Part shown: one piece after another, positions 1 through 7,623 of the stretch
Layout of the letters: each line of letters starts with the position of its first letter
Position numbering within the stretch: the stretch's first letter is position 1
Assembly (NCBI GenBank): GCA_964477265.1
Contig: CAYZDJ010000007.1
Location: 76,639-101,064, forward strand
Source: an uncultured Chitinophagaceae bacterium
GTDB lineage: Bacteria; Bacteroidota; Bacteroidia; Chitinophagales; Chitinophagaceae
Reading direction: 5' to 3'
DNA length: 24,426 nucleotides
Translations under genes and position numbers: made by a program
Notes under the pieces: model-generated
Told to the model about the DNA's origin: nothing
The model's input: only the letters and a program-made list of their open reading frames with translations
The model's database searches: none

Positions 1-518
1 TACTTTTCTGGACTACTGCAACTGAAAATAACAATAAAGGCTTTGAATTACAACGCAGCTACAATGGAAATGATTTTTTAAGCGTAAACTTTATTGCATC
101 AAAAGCAAAAAATGGCAATAGCACTGCTACTTTAAACTACCAGTTTACAGATGCTAAACCTTTTGCTGGCATTACATATTACAGATTAAAACAAATTGAT
201 TTGAATGGTAAAGCAACGTTGAGCAATGTAGTGGCAATTAAAGGAGATAAAGTAACCAATTTAACTGTTACTGATGTTTATCCTAATCCTGCAACTAAAG
301 TATTAAATGTTGTTGTTAACTCGCCAGTTGAAGACAGAGTAAACATTATAGTGACTGACATTACAGGTAAAATTGTTAAAACACAAGCTGCACAAGTAAG
401 TATTGGTAACAATAATGCTAAAATGGATGTAAGCAATCTGGCTAACGGAACTTACCTAATGAAAGTAATTTGTACAAATGGTTGCACAAGTGCTACAACT
501 AAATTTGTTAAGCAATAA
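1..518 (+). CDS. T9SS-sorted secreted protein, C-terminal fragment (5' end lies outside the window)
   Basis: Frame 3 is open from the window edge to the TAA at 516-518. The tail (TDVYPNPATKVLNVVV...GTYLMKVICTNG...KFVKQ) fits the Por_Secre_tail/TIGR04183 T9SS C-terminal domain pattern. It is preceded by a W-T-x-E-x4-FELQRS...YYRLKQID module that also occurs just before the CTD of the 19141-24426 protein. Confidence 0.85.
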   Translation, partial: LFWTTATENNNKGFELQRSYNGNDFLSVNFIASKAKNGNSTATLNYQFTDAKPFAGITYYRLKQIDLNGKATLSNVVAIKGDKVTNLTVTDVYPNPATKVLNVVVNSPVEDRVNIIVTDITGKIVKTQAAQVSIGNNNAKMDVSNLANGTYLMKVICTNGCTSATTKFVKQ

Positions 519-544
519 AAAATTATTTTTATTAAAATATTAGT

Positions 545-581
545 AAAAACCTCGAAGCAGTAAATGCTTCGAGGTTTTTTT
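545..581 (+). terminator. Rho-independent terminator
   Basis: Perfect 10-bp GC-containing stem (550-559 pairs with 565-574), 5-nt loop GTAAA, then 7 T (575-581). It lies 27 nt after the stop codon. Confidence 0.85.
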
Positions 582-595
582 ATACATTGCACCAT

Positions 596-603
596 TACAT
601 TTG
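596..603 (+). promoter_or_regulatory. Candidate Bacteroidota sigma-A -7 box (TACATTTG)
   Basis: Exact match to the TAnnTTTG consensus, 24 nt upstream of the ATG at 627 and just after the upstream terminator. No clear -33 TTG. Confidence 0.35.
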
Positions 604-626
604 CATAGCTATAAAAAGAAAATTAA

Positions 627-1232
627 ATGTTAAAAAAATATTTATTGCTGATACTTGCAGTATCCTTTATTCTACAATCATTTGCCCAGGAAAAAACAGA
701 TGGATTTGATATTAATAAAATGTTTGTTGGGGGCAGTGTTGTTTTGGGTTATGGAGGATATAATAATGGCACAAGAACTACGCTTGGTGGTAATCCTGAA
801 CTTGGTTATACAATTTTTAAAAATGTAGATGCAGGTTTTTGTGGTAACTATATATATTCTGGCAGCAGTTGGAACGAGGGTGGTTATACTATTAAGCAAA
901 GAGTAACATTATCTGGCTTGGGTGTGTTTGCACGAATACATGTATCTGATGGTTTTTTTCTTCACTTTCAACCAGAATTTAATACCATAAAATATAAAGT
1001 ATTTAACCAGCAAACTGGTTTTGTATCTTATGATGCTAAAGAAAAATCTTCAAGTTTTTTAGTAGGTGCTGGTTGGGGCACAAGAGAAGTAGGCAATATG
1101 AACTTTTTTACATTATTGTTAATCGATTTGCAAAAAGATTTATACTCGCCATACAGAACATCAACTGGCGAAATTTCACCTGTAATTCGTACTGGTGTTA
1201 ATTTTTATTTTCATAAAAAAAGAAAGAAGTAA
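627..1232 (+). CDS. Putative outer-membrane beta-barrel protein (hypothetical)
   Basis: Signal peptide MLKKYLLLILAVSFILQSFAQ. Gly/aromatic-rich sequence with alternating hydrophobic strands. Near-terminal GVNFYF aromatic motif typical of OMPs, followed by a short basic tail. Family not identified. Confidence 0.7.
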   Translation: MLKKYLLLILAVSFILQSFAQEKTDGFDINKMFVGGSVVLGYGGYNNGTRTTLGGNPELGYTIFKNVDAGFCGNYIYSGSSWNEGGYTIKQRVTLSGLGVFARIHVSDGFFLHFQPEFNTIKYKVFNQQTGFVSYDAKEKSSSFLVGAGWGTREVGNMNFFTLLLIDLQKDLYSPYRTSTGEISPVIRTGVNFYFHKKRKK

Positions 1233-1238
1233 CTTAGA

Positions 1239-2357
1239 ATGGGCAATAATTATAGTCAGACAAAGGCGTTGCTTGCCATAACAAAAGCAAGCTTTAAGGC
1301 TATCTTAAAGCACCCTACTGCCATTGTTTTCAGTATTGGTTTTCCACTAATATTTTTATGGATTTTTGGAAGTTTTGGTGGCGGTGGTCCATCATCTTAT
1401 AAACTGGCTTTAGCTGCTAATGCAGATACCATAAATAACACTTTGCTTGATAGTATAAAGAAAAATAATTTACTTGAAATAGTGTCTTACAAAGACTCTG
1501 CCTTGCAAAGAAAAGATTTGGAAAAAGGAAGAATAGCAGGTGTAATTAATATTGTGCAAATTCGTGTAACAGATAGTTCTTTTAAAAGCCCCCATTATTT
1601 AATTCATTTTAATACAACTACTGCAAGTGGACAAGATATTGGTTCTGTGTTACAAATTCTTGAAAACATACAAAATAAATTTGAACGAAAGCTAAACCCC
1701 AATTACGTTTCGTTAATTAACATTGTTCCAAAAGTTGAACAAATAAGGGAGTATAAAAGCATTGATTTTGTATTGCCTGGTCAAATAGGTTTTTCTATTT
1801 TGTTCTCTACATTGTTTGGTATTGCATTTACCTTTTATAGTTTAAGGGATCAATTGGTATTAAAGCGTTTTTATGCTTCGCCAGTAAACAAATTACACAT
1901 ACTTATTGGTATTGGGTTTAGTAGATTATTGTTTCAATTGATTAACGTTATCGTGCTAATATTGGTTGGCAAATACTGGCTTGGATTTACATTGGCAAAT
2001 GGTTTTTTTACATTTATTCAAATGCTGATATTAGCCATATTATTACTGCTGATTTTAATGGGTGTAGGTTTAATATTTAGTAGCATTGTAAAGCAAGATT
2101 CAACCATACCGTTATTAATAAATTTATTTGCATTGCCTCAAATGCTTTTAGGGGGCACATTTTTTTCTATTGCAGTTTTTCCAAGCTGGATGCAAACCTT
2201 GTGTAAAATTTTTCCTTTAACACATTTCAATCTTGCTATTCGTAAAATATCGTTTGAAGGAGCAAGTTTAATAGATTGCTGGCAACACCTTGGTGTGTTT
2301 GGCGTTTGGCTTATTGTTGTTTATTTTTTAGTATATAAATTTTTTAAATGGGAGTAA
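1239..2357 (+). CDS. ABC-2 type transporter permease
   Basis: 372 aa. One N-terminal TM helix, a ~150-aa extracytoplasmic loop, then 5 further hydrophobic helices. This is the typical ABC2_membrane topology. The start is 6 nt after the upstream stop. Confidence 0.8.
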   Translation: MGNNYSQTKALLAITKASFKAILKHPTAIVFSIGFPLIFLWIFGSFGGGGPSSYKLALAANADTINNTLLDSIKKNNLLEIVSYKDSALQRKDLEKGRIAGVINIVQIRVTDSSFKSPHYLIHFNTTTASGQDIGSVLQILENIQNKFERKLNPNYVSLINIVPKVEQIREYKSIDFVLPGQIGFSILFSTLFGIAFTFYSLRDQLVLKRFYASPVNKLHILIGIGFSRLLFQLINVIVLILVGKYWLGFTLANGFFTFIQMLILAILLLLILMGVGLIFSSIVKQDSTIPLLINLFALPQMLLGGTFFSIAVFPSWMQTLCKIFPLTHFNLAIRKISFEGASLIDCWQHLGVFGVWLIVVYFLVYKFFKWE

Positions 2358-2362
2358 TGTCC

Positions 2363-2453
2363 ATTTACGATGTACGATTTTAAATTTACGATTTGTTGTT
2401 CATCAATTTTGTTTTTATAAATCGTAATTTGTAATTCTAAAATCGTAATTCAA
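2363..2453. repeat. Heptad-periodic, dyad-symmetric intergenic array (ATTTACG-type words and their complement AAATCGT)
   Basis: 13 consecutive in-phase 7-mers. Exact word recurrence at 21 nt: ATTTACGAT at 2363 and 2384, AAATCGTAATT at 2419 and 2440. TACGATTTT at 2373-2381 is the perfect reverse complement of 2439-2447. Confidence 0.8.
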
Positions 2454-3016
2454 TGCGTGATTTATCCTGGAAAAAACAGTCTTCAAAATATTTAATAAAA
2501 GATACATGGGCTACAGTGCGTGAAGACAGTGCATTGCGACCAGATGGAAAAATAATTGAGCCATATTATGTATATGAATTTCCTGATTGGGTTACAGCAT
2601 TTGCTATAACAGTAGAAGGAAAAGTAATTGTTGAAAGGCAATACAGATATGCACTTGATGCTACACATTTTGAAATGCCAGGTGGTTGTGTTGACAAAGA
2701 AGATGCAACGCTTGAAGATGCCATTGCAAGAGAACTTTTAGAAGAAACTGGATATGCTTTTGAGCATTACGAATATTTAGGAAACAGTAGTGCCAACCCA
2801 AGCACCAACAGTAATTTAATGCACTTTTTTATTGCAACCGGTGGCAAAAAAATTGCTGAACAAAACTTTGATGAAGGCGAAGACATTGAAGTATATTTTA
2901 TGAGTATTGATGAAGTAATTGAGCTTGTAAAAACCAACCAAATTATTCAAAGTATGCACCAGGAGCTTATAATGAAAGCCTTGTTGCGATTGGGTAAAAT
3001 GCAATATGTAATGTAG
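2453..3016 (+). CDS. NUDIX hydrolase (ADP-ribose pyrophosphatase-like)
   Basis: Complete Nudix box GGCVDKEDATLEDAIARELLEETGY (GX5EX7REUXEEXGU). Confidence 0.9.
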   Translation: MRDLSWKKQSSKYLIKDTWATVREDSALRPDGKIIEPYYVYEFPDWVTAFAITVEGKVIVERQYRYALDATHFEMPGGCVDKEDATLEDAIARELLEETGYAFEHYEYLGNSSANPSTNSNLMHFFIATGGKKIAEQNFDEGEDIEVYFMSIDEVIELVKTNQIIQSMHQELIMKALLRLGKMQYVM

Positions 3017-3085
3017 TTGATAGTAAATAGTTGATAATTGATACTTTTAACTTTTAACTGTTAACTATCAACTTTTAACTGTACT
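3015..3085. repeat. Heptad-periodic intergenic array (AGTTGAT-type words, then CTTTTAA x6 degenerate)
   Basis: AGTTGAT AGTAAAT AGTTGAT AATTGAT, then CTTTTAA CTTTTAA CTGTTAA CTATCAA CTTTTAA CTGTACT from 3044 to 3085. AGTTGATA at 3015-3022 and 3029-3036 is the reverse complement of TATCAACT at 3066-3073. Confidence 0.8.
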
Positions 3086-3100
3086 CCCTTATCTTCAACC
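3086..3100 (+). promoter_or_regulatory. Promoter-like motif CCCTTATCTTCAACC (variant -7 box TATCTTCA)
   Basis: Related to the motifs upstream of sucC and gyrA in this window. The box ends 24 nt upstream of the ATG at 3122. Confidence 0.4.
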
Positions 3101-3121
3101 CCTCTTTAAACTGTTACTATT

Positions 3122-4372
3122 ATGAATATTAAAACACGATTGACCTTACTTAATTTTTTTCAATTTTTTGTGTGGGGTGCATGGCTTATAACTATTGCCA
3201 ATTATTGGTTTGGCACAAAGGGTTGGAAAGGTGTAGAATTTGGAGCAATATTTTCTACATTGGCTATTTCATCAATCATAATGCCTGCAATTACAGGTAT
3301 AATTGCAGATAAATGGCTGAATGCTGAAAAACTATATGGCTTACTGCATATCATTTATGGTGCTGTTTTAATATATTATTTTCCTAGTATTAATGACCCT
3401 GAAACTTTTCGTTTAGCTATGCTTGCAGCAATGCTTTGCTATATGCCAACAATTTCTTTATCTAATTCTATTTCTTATACTATTTTAAAAAATAACAATT
3501 ACGATGTTGTAAAAGTTTATCCACCTATCAGGGTTTGGGGTACAATAGGATTTATTGTTGCTATGTGGGTTACAAATCTTTCTGGCAATAAAGCATCTGC
3601 AACACAATTTATAATTGCTGGAGCAGTAGCTATTGCATTTGGGTTATATGCGTTTACATTGCCTAAATGTCCACCACAAAAGAGCAATGCCAATGCAAGC
3701 ATTATTGACCAGCTTGGTTTAAGAGCATTCTCATTGTTTGCAAATTATAAAATGATGTTGTTCTTTTTATTTTCAATGTGCTTAGGTGCAGCCTTGCAAT
3801 TAACCAATATGTATGGAGATGTCTATTTATCAGAATTTGGAAATATGCCACAATATAAAGAATCATTTGTGGTAAAATATTCCACAATCATCATGTCTAT
3901 CTCTCAAATTTCCGAGACTATATTTATTGTAACCATTCCATTTTTCTTACGAAAGTTTGGTATTAAAAATGTAATGCTTTTTTCAATGATAGCATGGGTT
4001 TTACGCTTTGGTTTATTTGGCTTTGGTAATCCAAGCGATGGATTGTGGATGATAGTTTTAAGTTGCATTGTATATGGAATGGCATTTGATTTTTTCAATA
4101 TATCCGGCTCATTATTTATTGAAACAAATACAGATGCTTCTATGCGTTCAAGTAGTCAGGGTTTATTTATGATGATGACTAATGGAATTGGAGCATGGAT
4201 TGGTAGCAAAGCAAGTGGATATATTGTAGATGGCTATACTACAAATGGCATAAGAGACTGGCATAATATATGGCTCATTTTTGCAGCTTATGCATTAGTT
4301 GTTGCTATACTTTTTGTGTTGCTATTTAAACACAAGCACAACCCTAACGACCTTGCTGAAATTAAGCATTAA
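3122..4372 (+). CDS. nupG: Nucleoside:H+ symporter family MFS permease (NupG/XapB-like)
   Basis: N-terminus MNIKTRLTLLNFFQFFVWGAWLITIANY closely parallels, from memory, E. coli NupG (MNLKLQLKILSFLQFCLWGSWLTTLGSY). About 12 TM helices, 416 aa. Confidence 0.8.
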   Translation: MNIKTRLTLLNFFQFFVWGAWLITIANYWFGTKGWKGVEFGAIFSTLAISSIIMPAITGIIADKWLNAEKLYGLLHIIYGAVLIYYFPSINDPETFRLAMLAAMLCYMPTISLSNSISYTILKNNNYDVVKVYPPIRVWGTIGFIVAMWVTNLSGNKASATQFIIAGAVAIAFGLYAFTLPKCPPQKSNANASIIDQLGLRAFSLFANYKMMLFFLFSMCLGAALQLTNMYGDVYLSEFGNMPQYKESFVVKYSTIIMSISQISETIFIVTIPFFLRKFGIKNVMLFSMIAWVLRFGLFGFGNPSDGLWMIVLSCIVYGMAFDFFNISGSLFIETNTDASMRSSSQGLFMMMTNGIGAWIGSKASGYIVDGYTTNGIRDWHNIWLIFAAYALVVAILFVLLFKHKHNPNDLAEIKH

Positions 4373-4383
4373 CAATACTTTTA

Positions 4384-6102
4384 ATGAAATTATTACAACA
4401 TAAATACTGGTGGCTTTTATTACTTGCCGGCTTTGGCGTGCTATTATATTTATCTACCAATGTGCACACCAAATTTGATTTAACCAAAGAGAAAAAATTT
4501 TCTATAAGCAATGCCACAAAAGACATTTTAAAAAACTTAAACGACAAGGTTGAAATTCAGGTTTTGCTTGATGGCAATTTAAGTAGTGGATATAAAAAAT
4601 TAAAAATTGCCACACAGGAATTACTTGATGATTATAGAACATTAAGCAATGGTAAACTATCTTACACTGTTTTTAAACCAGACGCTTCGTTGCCAGATTC
4701 TGTTAAGGCTATATTGTATGACAGTTTAGAATACATTGGTGCAAGACCAGTAAATTACCAAGCCAATAAAGAAGAAGGTGAAAAGGTTTCGCAAATTATT
4801 TTTCCGTATGCCATTATTAAATATGGCGATAATTCAAAAGTTATTAATTTAGAAAGTGGTAAGAGTGGCATGGATGAAGAAAGCAGCCTGAACTATAGCG
4901 AAGCATTGCTTGAGTTTAAATTCAGTGATGCCATTAATAAACTTACAACTACCACAAAACCATTCGTGGCCTTTGCTTTGGGCAATGATGAGCCATTGGA
5001 AAATGGTACAACAAATGATTTGATTAAAACTATTGCCACAAACAATTTCAGGATTGGTCCACGCAATTTAAATACACAGGTTTTAAATGCAGATAGCGTG
5101 CAGGCTTTAATAATTGTAAAGCCAAGCAAGCCATTTACCGAAATTGAAAAAATAAAAATTGACCAATACATAATGCAAGGTGGTAAAGTTATTTGGTGCA
5201 TTGACAGGCTTTATGCAGAGTATGATAGCTTATTGAGGAATAACCAAACAGACTTTATTGCATTTGATAAAAACCTTGAGTTAGATGATATTTTGTTTCA
5301 TTATGGCGTGAGGATAAACAGCAATCTGGTGCAAGATTTAAACTCAGCATTTTTGCCAGTAATTGATGATAAGGCTAGTGAGCAGCATAAACAAATAAAA
5401 AGGAATTTCTTTTACTATCCTTTGTTATCAGGCTCTTCGCAACATCCACTTTCTAAAAATTTAGATCAATTGCTAAGTATTTTTCCTTCAAGTATCGATA
5501 CTGTTCAGGCAAAAGGAATTACAAAAACTATTTTGCTTACAACAGATACAAACAGTAGAATTGTTACTACACCAAACTTGGTTAGTTTACAAAATGTAAG
5601 GTTAAACAGTGAGCAGGATTATCATACTTTCAATCAAAGCCATTTGCCTGTAGCAGTTTTGTTAGAAGGTAAATTCACATCGCTTTTTACAAACAGGTTA
5701 ACACAAGCTGGCAAGGATACTGCTGCAACTTATACTGGTATTCCATTTATTGCAAATGCTGCAAAAGCTAGCAAGCAAATTATAGTTAGCGATGCAGATT
5801 TAGTTACTAATGCAGTATCAGGAATAAGAGGTGCATTGCCAATGGGTATGTTACAATTTGATGAAACTGAGTACCAGTTTGCCAACAAAGAATTTTTACT
5901 AAATTGTCTTGACTACATGGTAGGCAATGCAGCAATAATAGAAACAAGGAATAAAGATTATACACTACGTTTATTAGATAAAACAAAAGTTAAAGCAGAA
6001 AAAACATTTTGGCAGGGATTCAATGTAGCATTGCCTTTGATAATTATTCTTATACTTGCCTTGGTAATGCAATGGTTACGAAAAAGAAGATTTGCTGTAT
6101 AA
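4384..6102 (+). CDS. gldG: GldG-like gliding-motility-associated ABC transporter auxiliary protein
   Basis: 572 aa with one TM helix at each end (WWLLLLAGFGVLLYL and ALPLIIILILALVMQW) flanking a large soluble domain. The size and topology match GldG / ABC_transp_aux. Assigned from architecture and memory, not from a search. Confidence 0.65.
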   Translation: MKLLQHKYWWLLLLAGFGVLLYLSTNVHTKFDLTKEKKFSISNATKDILKNLNDKVEIQVLLDGNLSSGYKKLKIATQELLDDYRTLSNGKLSYTVFKPDASLPDSVKAILYDSLEYIGARPVNYQANKEEGEKVSQIIFPYAIIKYGDNSKVINLESGKSGMDEESSLNYSEALLEFKFSDAINKLTTTTKPFVAFALGNDEPLENGTTNDLIKTIATNNFRIGPRNLNTQVLNADSVQALIIVKPSKPFTEIEKIKIDQYIMQGGKVIWCIDRLYAEYDSLLRNNQTDFIAFDKNLELDDILFHYGVRINSNLVQDLNSAFLPVIDDKASEQHKQIKRNFFYYPLLSGSSQHPLSKNLDQLLSIFPSSIDTVQAKGITKTILLTTDTNSRIVTTPNLVSLQNVRLNSEQDYHTFNQSHLPVAVLLEGKFTSLFTNRLTQAGKDTAATYTGIPFIANAAKASKQIIVSDADLVTNAVSGIRGALPMGMLQFDETEYQFANKEFLLNCLDYMVGNAAIIETRNKDYTLRLLDKTKVKAEKTFWQGFNVALPLIIILILALVMQWLRKRRFAV

Positions 6103-6108
6103 TATTTA

Positions 6109-6118
6109 GAACACAGAT
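6109..6118. repeat. Left arm GAACACAGAT of the inverted repeat bracketing the GxxExxY pseudogene
   Basis: Perfect reverse complement of 6596-6605 (ATCTGTGTTC). Further CAGAT/CTGAT words at 6124-6128 and 6133-6137. Confidence 0.7.
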
Positions 6119-6160
6119 TAAAACTGATGTTACAGATTTTCACAGTTTATACTTTAGGTT

Positions 6161-6552
6161 ATGAATAATTTTTTGCATAAAGACTTAAGTGAGAAAATTT
6201 TACGTTGTTTTTATGATGTTTACAACGAATTAGGTTATGGGTTTTTAGAAAAGTTTATCAAAATGCAATGTATTTTGAATTGATTTAAAAAGGGTTTCAA
6301 GTAGTTCCTCAACATCCAGTTAAAGTTTATTTTAAAGATAAATTAGTTGGAGAATATTATGCTGATTTGCTTGTTAACAATACAATTATCATAGAGTTAA
6401 AAACTACTGACTTTATTGTTTACGATTACGAGGTGCAATTGATAAATTATTTACGAGCTACAAATATTGAAGTTGGTTTATTATTAAACTTTGGCAAGAA
6501 ACCAGAATTTAGAAGATTAGTTTATACAAATGATAGAAAACAATTACAATAA
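6161..6552 (+). pseudogene. GxxExxY protein (PD-(D/E)XK-like, TIGR04256 family), disrupted by a frameshift and an in-frame stop
   Basis: Frame 2 from the ATG at 6161 gives MNNFLHKDLSEKILRCFYDVYNELGYGFLEK and then derails to a TGA at 6281-6283. Frame 1 from 6253 continues the family sequence VYQNAMYFELI, hits a TAA at 6286-6288, then continues KGFQVVPQHPVKVYFKDKLVGEYYADLLVNNTIIIELKT...QLINYLRATNIEVGLLLNFGKKPEFRRL. The shift falls inside the signature G-F-L-E-K-V-Y. Confidence 0.8.
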
Positions 6553-6595
6553 ACTTAATATAAAAAATCTGCGTTCATCTGTTTAATTTTTGTTT

Positions 6596-6605
6596 ATCTG
6601 TGTTC
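6596..6605. repeat. Right arm ATCTGTGTTC of the inverted repeat
   Basis: Perfect reverse complement of 6109-6118. A 9/10 copy (ATCTGCGTTC) lies at 6567-6576 and a partial copy (ATCTGTTT) at 6577-6584. Confidence 0.7.
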
Positions 6606-6616
6606 AAAAAAAATAA

Positions 6617-7579
6617 ATGAATTCAACTCAAATTACATACATAGTTTTTGGCCTGGTAGTTTTACTGGCATTGGTTTTTGACTTAGGTTTACTAAGTAAA
6701 AAAAATAAAACAATAAGCATTAAAACTGCATTATTTCAAACTCTGTTTTGGGTAGCATTGGCTTTGTCTTTTTTTATATTTGTATGGTTACAAAATGGCC
6801 ATCATACTGCCATAGAATATTTAAGTGCCTACTTAATGGAATGGAGTTTAAGCATTGACAATATTTTTGTTTTTATCATCATATTTTCTGCATTTAAAGT
6901 ACAGGAAAAACATTATGGACGTGTTTTGCTTGTAGGTATTTTAATGGCAATAGCCTTACGAATTTTGTTTATTACAGTAGGTATTGCAGTTGTAAGTAAA
7001 GCCAGTTGGCTGCTTTATGCATTTGGTGCTTTTCTGTTATATACTGGCTATAAAATGTTTTTTGCAAATGAAGAGGATGAATACAATCCTGAGGAAAGCA
7101 AGGTCTTTAAATTCATTAATAAATTTTTACCAATAACACTTGAAGATGTTGATGGAAAATATTTCATAAAAAGAAATGGCAAAACAGTATATACTATTTC
7201 ATTTGTAGTAATAGCAATGCTTGCCTTTACCGATTTGGTTTTTGCACTTGACTCCATACCAGCAGTTTTAGGTATTTCACGAGATAGATTAATAATTTAC
7301 ACATCAAATATTTTTGCTGTGCTGGGTTTACGAAGCTTATTTTTTTTATTGCGTGGTGCTGTTAAAAAATTTCATTATTTGCCCAAGGGCATAGCAATTG
7401 TTTTGGTATTTATTGGATTAAAAATGTTGCTTGAACATTTTATAGAACCCTACATTTCTAAGAACACACTTATTTTTATCTCGCTTGCTGTAATTATTAT
7501 GTGTATTGCAGGTTCTATTGTTTTTTCTATATATCAAAACAAAAAAGAAATTGACAATCAAAACAGTTCCTCTGTTTAA
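6617..7579 (+). CDS. TerC/Alx family integral membrane protein
   Basis: Multi-TM protein carrying the family-typical MEWSLSIDNIFVFIIIFSAF segment and a second DS-containing repeat (FALDSIPAVLGIS). Confidence 0.9.
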   Translation: MNSTQITYIVFGLVVLLALVFDLGLLSKKNKTISIKTALFQTLFWVALALSFFIFVWLQNGHHTAIEYLSAYLMEWSLSIDNIFVFIIIFSAFKVQEKHYGRVLLVGILMAIALRILFITVGIAVVSKASWLLYAFGAFLLYTGYKMFFANEEDEYNPEESKVFKFINKFLPITLEDVDGKYFIKRNGKTVYTISFVVIAMLAFTDLVFALDSIPAVLGISRDRLIIYTSNIFAVLGLRSLFFLLRGAVKKFHYLPKGIAIVLVFIGLKMLLEHFIEPYISKNTLIFISLAVIIMCIAGSIVFSIYQNKKEIDNQNSSSV

Positions 7580-7623
7580 AATTTATTGCAATTAATAACT
7601 CATAAGTTATAACTATAACTCAT

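Noticed and set aside
6367-6552. The 61-aa ORF as a stand-alone CDS
   Set aside because: It is only the C-terminal part of a GxxExxY protein, reached from a TTG. The N-terminal two thirds are recognisable upstream in another frame and behind a stop, so the locus is called a pseudogene. Programmed frameshifting is unlikely because an additional in-frame TAA at 6286-6288 would also have to be bypassed.
6553-6616. yybP-ykoY (Mn) riboswitch upstream of the TerC-family gene
   Set aside because: The spacer is only 64 nt and is filled by the ATCTG repeat words. There is no room or conserved core for the riboswitch.
678-7257. Other short antisense ORFs from the track (678-899, 2816-3004, 3517-3702, 3702-3887, 3904-4098, 4362-4547, 4893-5201, 5958-6143, 7048-7257)
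   Set aside because: Each lies wholly or mostly within a longer, motif-supported gene on the other strand (4362-4547 and 5958-6143 run a few nt past a gene end into a spacer). Such ORFs are expected by chance in long genes with biased composition.
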